A DNA stretch of 64,000 nt from Eledone cirrhosa (GCA_964016885.1 CAXHJY010001768.1:1-64000), one strand, 5' to 3'. Numbered from the stretch's first letter, positions 9,186 to 21,500 are shown. Numbers and translations: made by a program. The notes: generated by a model from the sequence alone, not told the origin.

Positions 9186-12045
9186 GACAATCACCTGATC
9201 ACCTATAGATCCGGGGAACACACAAGCTAGGTAGATTATATCCTTACCAGAAGACGTGACAGAGTGTCTGTTGTTAACACTAAATCCCTCCCCCATGAAG
9301 AATGCACCTCCCAACATAGACTGATAATTAGCGACCTCATAGTCAGGACGAGACGTACTCGACAACAGAAGAGGACTATCCTCAGGAGGAAAATATGGAA
9401 GCTAAAGGACCCCACAGCCAGGAATAAATTTCAAAACATATTACTTGATGCTTTCGACAGTAAGGAAGAACATTTAGAGTCGGACAATATAGAGGGAGAG
9501 TGGGAATTTCTGAAAGCAAACCTGCTGTTGGCGACAGACGAAGTCTGTGGCTGGAGCAGGCCTGTAGGCAGGAGGAGAGTAACATGGTGGTGGAACAGTA
9601 AGGTGGAGGGGTCAATTAAGGCCAAAAAGCAGGCTTGGAAAGTATGGCGGGATGGGGGAAGTAGAGAGGACTATCAAGTGGCCAGGAGGGAAGCTAGGAG
9701 ACAAGTGTACTTAGCAAGAAGGGAAGCTGAGGAAAGAAAGTTCAAGCATGTTCTACAACGCGATGACCAAAAACGTGAGGTGTTCAGGATTGCTAGGCAA
9801 TGCGTCAAGGAAAACCGTGATATTGTCGGGGAGAAGTGTGTACTAAACGACGATGGCACACTTGCCATCACCGACGCTGATAAGAAGGTAGCTTGGAAGT
9901 GTCACTATGAAAGGCTACTAAATGAGGAGAATAATTGGGAGAAAGGCAGTCTCCCCCATATCGACCCAATAGAGGGACCAGCAGTGTTAGTCGAGGGGAG
10001 TATAATAAGTAAGGCAATCAAGGATATGAAGACGGGTAAGGCGGCTGGGCCTTCGGAAATAGTTGCTGAGATGCTGAAGGCATCTGGCACGGTGGGACAC
10101 ACCATGGTCACCCGCATAGTTAACCAAGTCGTACAGAATGGGGTTGTTCCGAAGGACTGGCATAGCAGCATCATCGTTAACTGTTATAAGGGTAAAGGAG
10201 ACGCCCTAGATAGGAGTAACTATAGAGGCATTAAATTAATCGACCAGGTCATGAAGGTCACGGAAAAAGTAATAGCGCAACTAATCAGAGAGAGAATTGA
10301 CCTAGATGAAATGCAGTTCGGGTTTGTGTCAGGCAAAAGTACCACAGACGCTCTTTTCATAGTACGACAACTACAGGAGAAGTACCTAGCTAAAGGTAAA
10401 CCCCTCTACTTAGCTTTTGTCGACTTGGAGAAAGCCTTCGACAGAGTCCCCCGCTCCATTATCTGGTGGGCTCTTAGAAAACTAGGCGTTGACGAATGGC
10501 TTGTGAGGGCTATACAAGCCATGTATAAAGAAACAGTCAGCAAGGTTAGAATTAACAACGAATATAGTGAAGAGTTTAGCGTAAAAGTTGGCGTCCATCA
10601 GGGCTCTGTTCTCAGCCCACTACTATTTATTATTGCCCTTCAGGCTATAACAGAGGAGTTCAAGACAGGCTGCCCATGGGAACTCCTATACGCAGACGAC
10701 CTGACACTCATAGCGGAATCAATGGCCGAGCTAGAGAAGAAATTCCAAACATGGAAGCACGGCCTAGAGTCAAAAGGACTTAAAATTAACCTGGCTAAGA
10801 CCAAAGTACTAGTTTGTAGGAAAGAAAACAAGGCGGCGGTCCCTTCTGGGAAATGGTCGTGCTCGGTGTGTAGGAAAGGCGTAGGTAGAAACTCCATTTT
10901 ATGTCCTAAATGCAAAGTATGGGTGCATAAAAGATGTAGTGGGATCACAGGTAAGCTAACTAAGAACATAGATTTTACATGTGGCCGGTGCTCTGGTGCA
11001 ATAAGTAGCAGCAAGTGCCCACAAACTACTAGCTCTTTCAATTGCACAGAGGGTTCTATAGAAATAGTGGACAGCTTCCGTTACCTGGGCGATAAAATCA
11101 GCAGTGGGGGAGGGTGCTCTGAAAGTACTGTAGCTAGAGTCAGAACTGGTTGGAAAAAGTTCAGAGAGCTTATACCACTATTAGCTGCTAAAGGGTTCTC
11201 ACTAAAAATGAAAGGCAGGTTGTACGATGCCTGCATACGAACAGCAATGCTGCACGGCAGTGAGACCTGGGCATTGTGTGCAGAGGATATACGCAGACTA
11301 GAGAGGAACGAAGCTTGCATGCTCCGCTGGATGTGTAACAGTAATATACGTGAACAGCAAAGCATAAACGAACTAAGGAAAAAATTAGAGATAAGAGGGA
11401 TCAGATGTTGTTTACTCGAGAGAAGGCTACGTTGGTATGGACACGTGATGCGCATGAAAGTCGATAGCTGTATAACAAAGTGCAGGGCAATAAAGATAGA
11501 CGGTAGTCACGGAATAGGCAGACCTAGGAAAACCTGGGACGAGCTGATAAACTCCGACATCACACACTTACACCTCTCCAAGACAATGTCACTGGACCGA
11601 GACCTTTGGCGGTACTCAGTAACAGAGAAGACCCGCCTTACCTAAATATATAGTAAAACCTACTCCAGCCAGTAGGCATCTCTAACAAAATACACCCCGT
11701 CCCACCACCCCCGCCCCCCACCCCATCCACACCACCCCGTTCTATGTAAAGTTATGTTGGTGCCGCGCCATCGAGGCCGAAACAAATGAGATCGTGTAGG
11801 TGTCACGACAAAAAAACACACAGTCCACGCTGTAATGTGGCCGTGTAGGCAACACGGTAAAAACCTCCCAGACCCACACTGTAAATGTGGTTGGTGTTAG
11901 GAAGGGCATCCAACTGTAGAAAACCTGCCAGACAGTCCTATGCGAGCAAGACAATCACTCTTGCCTCAAGTGGGACTACCCCCGTCCAAACCCATGCAAG
12001 CGTGGAACACGGACGTTAAACGTTGATGATGATGATGATGATGAT
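9186..12045 (+). mobile_element. Young 5'-truncated RTE LINE
   Basis: Begins within the end of the APE domain, has an uninterrupted ORF, a 3' UTR and a (GAT)n tail at 12024-12045. Confidence 0.92.
9264..11645 (+). CDS. RTE-clade non-LTR retrotransposon ORF (APE C-terminus, reverse transcriptase, PHD-type finger), N-terminally truncated
   Basis: NYRGIKL, QFGF, FVDLEKAFDRV, GVHQGSVLSPLLF, LLYADDL (YADD at 10689-10700), FRYLG, LHGSETW, RLRWYGHV and GRPRKTW motifs. Confidence 0.92.
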   Translation: MSVVNTKSLPHEECTSQHRLIISDLIVRTRRTRQQKRTILRRKIWKLKDPTARNKFQNILLDAFDSKEEHLESDNIEGEWEFLKANLLLATDEVCGWSRPVGRRRVTWWWNSKVEGSIKAKKQAWKVWRDGGSREDYQVARREARRQVYLARREAEERKFKHVLQRDDQKREVFRIARQCVKENRDIVGEKCVLNDDGTLAITDADKKVAWKCHYERLLNEENNWEKGSLPHIDPIEGPAVLVEGSIISKAIKDMKTGKAAGPSEIVAEMLKASGTVGHTMVTRIVNQVVQNGVVPKDWHSSIIVNCYKGKGDALDRSNYRGIKLIDQVMKVTEKVIAQLIRERIDLDEMQFGFVSGKSTTDALFIVRQLQEKYLAKGKPLYLAFVDLEKAFDRVPRSIIWWALRKLGVDEWLVRAIQAMYKETVSKVRINNEYSEEFSVKVGVHQGSVLSPLLFIIALQAITEEFKTGCPWELLYADDLTLIAESMAELEKKFQTWKHGLESKGLKINLAKTKVLVCRKENKAAVPSGKWSCSVCRKGVGRNSILCPKCKVWVHKRCSGITGKLTKNIDFTCGRCSGAISSSKCPQTTSSFNCTEGSIEIVDSFRYLGDKISSGGGCSESTVARVRTGWKKFRELIPLLAAKGFSLKMKGRLYDACIRTAMLHGSETWALCAEDIRRLERNEACMLRWMCNSNIREQQSINELRKKLEIRGIRCCLLERRLRWYGHVMRMKVDSCITKCRAIKIDGSHGIGRPRKTWDELINSDITHLHLSKTMSLDRDLWRYSVTEKTRLT

Positions 12046-15000
12046 GTATATTACTATTACACATCCAGCGGAACATGCAAGCTTCGTTCCTCTACAGTCT
12101 GCGTATATCCTCTGCACACAATGCCCAGGTCTCACTGCCATGTAACATTGCTGTTCGTATGCAGGCATCATACAGCCTGCCTTTCATTTTTAGAGAGAAC
12201 CCTTTAGCGGCTAATAGTGGTATAAGCTCTCTGAACTTTTTCTATCCAGTTCTGACTCTAGCTACTGTACTTTCAGAGCACCCTCCCCGACTGCTGATTT
12301 TGTCACCCAGGTAACGGAAGGTGTCCACTACTTCTATAGAACCATCTGTGCAATGGAATGAGCTAGTATTCTGTGGCAACTTGCTGCTACTTATTGCACC
12401 AGAGCACCGGCCACATATAAAATCTATATTCTTAGTTAGCTTACCTGTGATCCCACTACATCTTTTATGTACCCATACTTTGCATTTGGGACATAAAATG
12501 GAGTTTCTGCCTACTCCTTTCCTACACACTGAGCATGGCCATTTCCCAGATGGAACCGGTGCCCTATTTTCCTTCCTACAAACTAGAACTTTAGTCTTAG
12601 ACAAGTTAACTTTAAGGCCTTTTGATTCTAGGCCATGCTTCCATGTTTGAAATTTCTTCTCTAGTTCAGCCATTGATTCAGCTCATCTGCGTATAGGAGT
12701 TCCCATGGGCAGCTGGTCTTGAACTCCTCTGTTATAGCCTGAAGGGCAATAATAAATAGTAGGGGGCTAAGAACGGAGCCCTGATGAACACTAACTTTTA
12801 CGCTAAACTCTTCACTATATTCGTTATTAATTCTAACCTTGCTGACTGTTTCTTTATACATGGCTTGTATAGCTCTCACAAGCCATTCATCAACACCTAG
12901 TTTTCTAAGAGCCCACCAGATAATGGAGCGGGGGACTCTGTCAAAGGCTTTCTCCAAGTCAACAAAAACTAAGTATAGGGGTTTACTTTTAGCTAGATAC
13001 TTCTCCTGTAGTTGTCGTACAATGAAAAGAGTGTCTGTGGTACTTTTACCTGACACAAACCCGAACTGCATTTCATCTAGATCAATTCGTTCTCTGATTA
13101 GTTGCGCTATTACTTTTTCTGTGACCTTCATGACCTGGTCGATTAATTTAATGCCTCTATAGTTACCCCTATCTAGGAATCTCCTTTACCCCTGTAGCAG
13201 TTAATGATGATGCTGCTACGCCAGTCCTTCGGAATGGCCCCATTCTGTAAGACTTGGTTTACTATCCAGGTAACCATTGTGTGTCCCACCGTTCCAGATG
13301 CTTTCAGCATTTCAGCAACTATTTCCGAAGGCCCACCCGCCTTACCCGTCTTCATATCTTTGATTGCCTTACTTATTATACTACCTTCAACTAGCACAGC
13401 TGGTCCCTCTATTGGATCGATGTTGGGGAGACTGTCTTTCTCCCATTTATTCTCCTCATTTAGCAGCCTTTCGTAGTGACACTTCCAAGCTATCGTCTTA
13501 TCAGCGTCAGTGATGGCGAGTACACCATCATCATTAAGGACACACTTTTCCCCGACAGTATCACAGTTTTCCTTGACACATTGCCTAGCAATCCTGAACA
13601 CCTCACGTTTTTGTTCCTCGCGTTGTAGAACATGCTTGAACTTTCTTTCCTCTGCTTCCCTTCTTGCGAAGTACACTTGTCTCATAGCTTCCCTCCTGGC
13701 CACTTGATAGTCTTCTCTACTTCCCCCATCCCGCCATACTTTCCAAGCCTGCTTTTTGGCCTTAATTGACTCCTCCACCTTACTGTTCCACCACCACGTT
13801 ACTCTCCTCCTGCCTATAGGCCTTCTCCAGCCACAGACTTCATCTGCCGCCTTCAGCAGGCTAGCTTTCAGGAATTCCCACTGTTCCTCTATGTTGTACA
13901 AGTCTAATTGCTCTTCCTTACTGTCGAAAGCATCAAGTAATATGTTTTTAAATTTATTACTGGCTGTGGGGTCCTTTAGCTTCCATATTTTTTTCTCCTG
14001 AGGATAATCCTCCTCTGTTGTCGAGTACGTCTTGTCCTGACTATGAGGTCACTGACTATGAGTCTATGTTGGGAGGAGCATTCTTCATGGGGGAGGGATT
14101 TAGTGTTTACAACAGACACTATCACGTCTTCTGGTAAGGATATAATCTATCTGACTGGCGTGTTCCCCTGATCTATAGGTGATCAAGTGATTGTCTCATT
14201 TTTTGAAGTTAGTGTTACAGATAGTTAGGTTATTTGCGTCACAGAATTCCAGGATTCTGGAGCCTTCCTCATTTCTAGTACCAAACCCATAGCCTCCATG
14301 GATTCCGTCGTAGCCGTCACAATGTCGCCAGCAATAATTATGTAGTCACTGTCGGTTATTTGGGAAGTAGTGAGCATCAATGTCTCATAGAATCTGTCTT
14401 TTATAGTGCCAGGCAGTCCGGATTGGGGTGCATACGCAGATATTACTGTCACAGTAGTTCTATTTAGGACAAGTCTTATTTTAATTATTCTGTTGTTCAC
14501 TCTATTTACGTCTATTATCTTATCTACCATTTTTCTGCTAACATGATTCCTACCCCACCCAGCCCATTGTCATTTCCCACCCAGAAAAGCTTATAGCATC
14601 GTTTTTTACCCACAATGAATCTAGCAGACCCACCCCTCCACCTGGTCCCTTGGATACAGCAAACATCAACCTCCTTACGTTCAAGCATTTCTACAACCTC
14701 GTTAGAGCGACCTTTTAAGGTGCCTACATTCATGGTACCAACTCTGAAGTTTTGGATTGCGTTTGGTGGGTGGGAACGGTGGGGTTGGGGTTATGTTGGC
14801 TATCCGCAGCCGAAACAAAGAGGAGGAGTCCTTGCCTTTTCATCTGGCAGCATGAGGTGAATTTGTCTTTATCTTTGGCATTGTCACTGAGTGTCCAGAT
14901 TTTTCAGACTCTCCAGAATTCCTTAGTCCATCCATCATATCGAAAAGCAACCAGTGATAGCATAGGCAGCTGACTAATGATTGGTCCAAATATAAATGGT

Positions 15001-15320
15001 GGAGAGTGGGGGAGGGGTATGGGGTAGTTAACGAAAGGGTTTAAATAAAATCTTCGAATTTTGGGCATAATTGGACAAGCATATAACAGTAATAAGCGAA
15101 TAATGGGATTTTAAAATACAAGAAGATTATTTAGAACAACCAGACAGAATTATTGAATAGCATTGAGAAAGAGTAAAAGATTGGATTCTGGGCGATGATA
15201 CGGATATATGAATGAATGTATACCGTTTCATTAATACCTATAATAATATCTCTTTATAGTTGTACAAATATCTTTATCTAGTGTAACAACATAATCGTAG
15301 TTACATTTATAAATAATTTA

Positions 15321-15816
15321 GGCACTCATATGACTTTATATTGTTATAAGTGTTTGATATTGCCTGGTAGGTCGAACTTATATAATCATTTACTTAATAT
15401 AATATAATTTAATTTAACTTACTTTATTTTATTTTATTTTATTTTATTTTATTTTAATTTAATTAAATTTAGATTACCTTCGGCTTTTTCAAATATTTAG
15501 CTCCTCTTTGTATCACATTTGCTAAAATATTTTAGATGTATCTTTTCTATACTATATTAAAACCCTATTGCATTTATGGACACTCAAATGACTTTATATT
15601 GTTATAAGTGTTTGATATTCCCTGGAAGGTAGAACTTATATAATCATTTACTTAATATAATATAATTTAATTTAACTTATTTTATTTTATTTTATCTTAA
15701 TTAAATTTAGATTACCTTCGGCTTTTTCAAATATTTAGCTCCTCTTTATATCACATTCGCTAAAATATTTTAGATATATCTTTTCTATACTATATTAAAA
15801 CCCTATTGCATTTATA
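15321..15816. repeat. Diverged tandem duplication of about 240-257 bp
   Basis: CACTCA.ATGACTTTATATTGTTATAAGTG...AAACCCTATTGCATTTAT at 15321-15577 and 15578-15816. Confidence 0.85.
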
Positions 15817-16075
15817 ATATAATATATTTTTAATATTGGGCACCGTTAAGTGTCGCAAACAATTCATTTTCGTTTACTTGTCTATTTATTTTGTATCTAG
15901 CTCCTATCATTAAGACTCATATAGTTTTGACATATCTTTTTAGTGTACATCACCTAAATGAAAATAATTGATATAAAACATTAATTCTTTAACAATATTT
16001 TTAACAACATTTTTAACTATATATATTTTTGAACAATATTTTCAGTAACTTATTTACTATATTGCATTATTGCAT

Positions 16076-16262
16076 CGGTGAATTGGCAGTATCGGTAGAG
16101 GGTTGGACACCATGCTTTCTAGCATAGTTATGTCCCTTTACAGTCTGAGTTCAAATCCGCCGAGGTTAACTTTGCCTTTCATCCTTACGGGGTCGATAAA
16201 ATAAAGTACCAGTAATGTACTGGGTAATTGCTGGCCTTGTGCCTAAAGTAGAAACAATTATT
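16076..16262 (+). mobile_element. tRNA-derived SINE (Nin-like family)
   Basis: Same consensus as the 5077 and 62433 copies. ATTGCATTATT occurs on both flanks. Confidence 0.85.
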
Positions 16263-17176
16263 GCATTATTATGTTAAATTATATATATTTGAAAGGTATC
16301 ACCTCATTATTGCATTATTATATTATATTATATATATTTGAAAGGTATCACCTCAAATATAAACAAATAATAAACTATAATCTTTTTATTTTTTGATCGA
16401 TACATATATATAATTAAAAATTCGGACTTCTTTAAGTTTAGTTATAAGGCTGATTGATACTGTAGGCATTCAAACTTTTTAACAATAAATTCTTTAATAA
16501 TTATAACTATAATTATTTTATAAATTATATTATAGAAACTGTTGTCAATATTATAAATAATTTTGGCATAGATTACTTTCGTGAAGATAGAAAAACATTA
16601 TAGGTATTTTCTTTCTCGTGTTTCGTAAATCCTTAAATTTGTTTTCATAAAATTTGAATTTTAGAAATTAAACATAATTATAATATAATATTAATAAAAA
16701 TATCTATTAACTCTTAAAACCTAAAATATTATTCTTTTCCCTGAAATAACTTAAATTAAATATTTTAAAAATTAACCACCAACTATATTATCTTGAACGT
16801 GTTACAAATATGGGAATATGGAAATCATTGTATATAAACTTGAACATAAATTACTACCCTTTGTCTCTCTCTCTCTTTAATCATCTTTCATCTGTTTTTT
16901 CAAACCACCTACTAAATATATTATCACAGCTGTTTCTTCCTCTATGCTTTCCCCTCCCTCCTCTTTCTCCAGTAGTTTTTAAAATTAAAATTTTATAACT
17001 GTTATATTGATGCCATATATTTCTTAAACTCTATTACACGCACCCTCCCTATTGTTTGTATTATGTTATCTCATCTTCTCAATATTAGGGTATAAATATT
17101 GAGTTTTGTCATAAGTTAATCACTACCATGACTAAATCTTAACCATCTACTATGTCAGGGTATGTCATGTATCATT

Positions 17177-17243
17177 TATTTTATCTGATGAGGACGTACT
17201 GTTCAACTTAACTCAGTACCTCTGAAATATGTATAATAAAATA
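17177..17243 (+). ncRNA. Minimal type-I hammerhead ribozyme motif, about 50 nt upstream of (TA)n
   Basis: Stem I TATTTTAT/ATAAAATA. CTGATGA at 17185-17191. Stem II GGA/TCT plus GTACTG/CAGTAC. GAAA at 17224-17227. Stem III AT-ATGT-AT. Triplet AUA. Confidence 0.75.
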
Positions 17244-17289
17244 TAATTGATCACAAGAATATCTATTTTGTTAATATTTTGAATTAATA

Positions 17290-17398
17290 TTATATATATA
17301 TATATATATCCATACGTACATATATATATATATGTGTGCATGTATGTATATATATACATACTACTGTACGTCTGTATACATATATGTAAGTATACATA

Positions 17399-17447
<49 letters not shown>
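17290..17447. repeat. (TA)n microsatellite
   Basis: Directly visible. Confidence 0.95.
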
Positions 17448-17449
<2 letters not shown>

Positions 17450-17851
17450 ACTGTATTGACTCCTGCATTGTACACCAATTTTCCTTGCTCATAACCTTTT
17501 TGCCTGTATTTTTTTGCCTGTGCTTTTTACTTATAACTATTACACTTCCAACCAGTGGTGCCTGTAATTGTGTTCTTTCAAGCAGAACATCTTTTTAACT
17601 CCTGACTCTTCACACGATGCCTTTGACACTAATAACAATTATGTACCCTAAATGTTCTAAATGACTAAGATTTTAGTAACATGTTACGACATTCCTTATG
17701 CTCCGATGATTCCAGACTTCCCCCCGGAAGAAACAATTGTCAGCAAATAAATGTTCTAAACTAAAATTTGATCATTTTAACACTTTGTATATATACATAC
17801 ATACATGCTCAGAAACACACAATGAAATTATGTAAGTGTAATAGTGTAATA

Positions 17852-17957
17852 TATAGGGTGTCCCCCAAAAATGTATACACACTTTCATCACCTGTACAGT
17901 CAATATTTATTAGAAGGCTCTTGAAGTGTGTATACATTTTTGGAGGGACACTCTCTA
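17852..17957. mobile_element. Tc1/mariner-type MITE
   Basis: TIRs of about 30 bp, AGGGTGTCCCCCAAAAATGTATACACACTT / AAGTGTGTATACATTTTTGGAGGGACAC, with TA flanks. Confidence 0.75.
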
Positions 17958-18289
17958 TATATCAATTGATTGTGTTTATTAAGAAAATTCAATTATTTTA
18001 CTTTTATAACTTAGCTACTGTACCAGAGTTATTCAATGTCAAATATACACAAATACATATACAAAGCTACATACACACACACAAACACATATGTAAATGT
18101 GTGTATGTGTATGTGTGTGTGCATGTGAATGAATTATGGGTAAACAATGTGGGGCAGGGTGGTGCCTTACAATAGATTAGAGGTCAGCTGAGTGGGTGGT
18201 TGTTGGGTGTGAAGTATAGGTGCTGGTAGCAATGTGTAGATGTACTGGTGCAGCTGCATGGGGATGGTGGGGTGGTAGTGTCGGTGGTG

Positions 18290-18478
18290 GGATGGCAGCA
18301 TCGGTAGAGGGTTTGACGCCATGCTTAGCAGCAAAGAGTTACGGCCCTTTATGGTCTGAGTTCAAATCCTGCCGAGGTTAACTTTGCCTGTCATCCTTAC
18401 AGGGTCGATAAAATAAAGTACCAGTAATGTACTGGGATAACTGTTGGCCTTGTGCCAAAAGTAGAAACAATTATTAGT
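18290..18478 (+). mobile_element. tRNA-derived SINE (Nin-like family)
   Basis: Matches the family consensus. Confidence 0.8.
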
Positions 18479-18504
18479 GCTTAGTTGCAGTAATAGTGCA
18501 AGAG

Positions 18505-21500
18505 TGTAGTTGTGGTGGTGGTGGTGATGGTGTAGTGGTGGTGGTGATGTGATAGTGGTGTGAGTGTAGTGGTGGTGGTGGTGGTGATGGTGTAGTGGTG
18601 TGAGTGTAGTGGTGGTGATGGTGTAGTGATCATGGTGTGAGTGTAGTGGTGGTGATGGTGTAGTGGTGATGGTGGTGGTGGTGGTGTGAGTGTAGTGGTG
18701 GTGTGTGGAGCTGTGTGGTGGTGGTGGTGTGTGGTGCTGTGTAAAGTAGTTCAGAGTCAAAGAAGTACTGGGAGATATTCTGCTGATGATTTCCCAGCTG
18801 TGTAGCATGGTGGGGGGAGGGGGGGGTGTTAGGGTGGGGGTGTCAGGGTGGGGGGGGGGGGGGGGTACTGGTGGTGTGTGGTAGTGGTGGTGGTGGTGTG
18901 TGGTAATGGCGGTTTGTGGTAATGGCAGTGTGTGGTAGTGGTGGTGTGTGGTAGTGGGAAGTGTGTGGTAGTGGTGTGTGGTAGTGGTGGTGGTGGTGTG
19001 TGGTAATGGTGGAGTGTGGTAGTGGTGGCGTGTGGTAGTGGTGGTGTGTGGTAGTGGTGGTCTGCGGTAGTGGTGGTGTGTGGTAGTGGTGGTGTGTGGT
19101 AGTGGTGGTCTGCGGTAGTGGTGGTGTGTGGTAGTGGTGGTCTGCGGTAGTGGTGGTGTGTGGTAGTGGTGGTGGTGGTGGTGTGTGGTAGTGGTGGTGT
19201 GTGGTAGTGGTGGTGTGTGGTAGTGGTGGTGTGTGGTAATGGTGGTGTGTGGTAGTGGTGGTGGTGGTGGTGGTGTGTGATAATGGTGGTGTGTGGTAGT
19301 GGTGGTGTGTGGTAGTGGTGGTGTGTGGTAGTGGTGGTGTGTGGTGGTGGTGGTGGTGGTGTGGTGGTGTGTGGTAGTGGTGGTGTGTGGTAGTGGTGGT
19401 GTGTGGTAGTGGTGGCGTGTGGTAGTGGTGGTGTGTGGTAGTGGTGGTCTGCGGTAGTGGTGGTGTGTGGTGGTGGTGGTGGTGTGTGGTAGTGGTGGTG
19501 TGTGGTAGTGGTGGTGTGTGGTAATGGTGGTGTGTGGTAGTGGTGGTGGTGTGTGGTAATGGTGGTGTGTGGTAGTGGTGGTATGTGGTAGTGGTGGTGT
19601 GTGGTAGTGGTGGTGTGTGGTGGTGGTGTGGTGGTGGTGGTGTGTGGTAGTGGTGGTGTGTGGTAGTGGTGGTGTGTGGTAATGGTGGTGTGTGGTAGTG
19701 GTGGTGTGTGGTGGTGGTGTGTGGTAGTGGTGGTGTGTGGTGGTGGTGGTGTGTGGTGGTGGTGGTGGTGGTGGTGTGTGGTGGTGTGTGGTAGTGGTAG
19801 TGGTGGTGTGTGGTAGTGGTGGTGTGTGGTAGTGGTGGTGTGTGGTAGTGGTGGTGGTGGTGGTGTGTGGTAATGGTGGTGTGTGGTAGTGGTGGCGTGT
19901 GGTAGTGGTGGTGTGTGGTAGTGGTGGTCTGCGGTAGTGGTGGTGTGTGGTAGTGGTGGTGGTGGTGGTGGTGTGTGGTAATGGTGGTGTGTGGTAGTGG
20001 TGGCGTGTGGTAGTGGTGGTGTGTGGTAGTGGTGGTCTGCGGTAGTGGTGGTGTGTGGTAGTGGTGGTGGTGGTGGTGGTGTGTGGTAGTGGTGGTGTGT
20101 GGTAGTGGTGGTCTGCGGTAGTGGTGGTGTGTGGTAGTGGTGGTCTGCGGTAGTGGTGGTGTGTGGTAGTGTGGTGGTGGTGGTGTGTGATAGTGGTGGT
20201 GTGTGGTAGTGGTGGTGTGTGGTAGTGGTGGTGTGTGGTAATGGTGGTGTGTGGTAGTGGTGGTGGTGGTGTGTGGTAATGGTGGTGTGTGGTAGTGGTG
20301 GTGGTGGTGGTGGTGTGTGGTAATGGTGGTGTGTGGTAGTGGTGGTGTGTGGTAGTGGTGGTGTGTGGTAGTGGTGGTGTGTGGTAGTGGTGGTGTGTGG
20401 TAGTGGTGGCATGTGGTAGTGGTGGTGTGTGGTAGTGGTGGTCTGCGGTAGTGGTGGTGTGTGGTGGTGGTGGTGGTGTGTGGTAGTGGTGGTGTGTGGT
20501 AGTGGTGGTGTGTGGTAATGGTGGTGTGTGGTAGTGATGGTGGTGGTGGTGTGTGGTAATGGTGGTGTGTGGTGTGTGGTGGTGTGTGGTAGTGGTGGTG
20601 TGTGGTAGTGGTGGTGGTGGTGTGTGGTAGTGGTGGTGTGTGGTAGTGGTGGTGTGTGGTAGTGGTGGTGTGTGGAGGTGGTGTGTGGTAGTGGTGGTGT
20701 GTGGTAAGTGGTGGTGTGTGGTAATGGTGGTGTGTGGTAGTGGTGGTGTGTGGTAGTGGTGGTGTGTGGTAATGGTGGTGTGTAATAGTGGTGGTAGTGG
20801 TGGTGTATGGTAGTGGTGGTGTGTGGTAATGGTGGTGTATGGTAGTGGTGGTGTGTGGGGTGGGGTGTGGTGGTGTGTATAGTGGTGGTGGTGGTGTGTG
20901 GTAGTGGTGGTGTGTGGTGGTGGTGTGTGGTGGTGTATGGTAGTGGTGGTGGTGGTGTGTGGTGGTGGTGTGTGGTGGCGTGTGGTAGTGGTGGTGTGTG
21001 GTAGTGGTGGTGGTGTATGATAGTGGTGGTGTGTGGTAGTGGTGGTGTGTGGGGGTGGTGTGTGGTGGTGTGTGGTAGTGGTGGTGTGTGGTAGTGGTGG
21101 TGGTGGTGTGTGGTAGTGGTGGTGTGTGGTGGTGGTGTGTGGTGGTGTATGGTAGTGGTGGTGGCGGTGTGTGGTAGTGGTGGTGTGTGGTGGTGGTGGT
21201 GTGGTGGTGGTGGTGTGTGGTAGTGGTTTGTGGTAGTGGTGGTGTGTGGTAGTGGTGGTGTGTGGTAATGGTGGTGTGTGGTAGTGGTGGTGTGTGGTGG
21301 TGGTGGTGTGTGGTAGTGGTGGTGTGTGGTAGTGGTGGTGTGTGGTGGTGGTGGTGTGTGGTGGTGGTGGTGGTGGTGTGTGGTGGTGTGTGGTGGTGTG
21401 TGGTAGTGGTGGTGTGTGGTAGTGGTGGTGGTGGTGTGTGGTAGTGGTGGTGTGTGGTAGTGGTGGTGTGTGGTGGTGGTGGTGGTGTGTGGTAGTGGTG

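Larger units (their letters stand above)
8514..15200 (-). mobile_element. Near-full-length frameshifted RTE LINE (APE + RT), split by a younger RTE insertion at 9185/12046
   Basis: APE N-terminus NVGTL..VCCIQ.TRW (14733-14225), RT pieces at 13901-12242, 3' end and (CAT)n at 8514-9185. GCCGTTCACGT|ATATTACTATT is contiguous in the 5363 copy. The 5' boundary is approximate. Confidence 0.85.
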
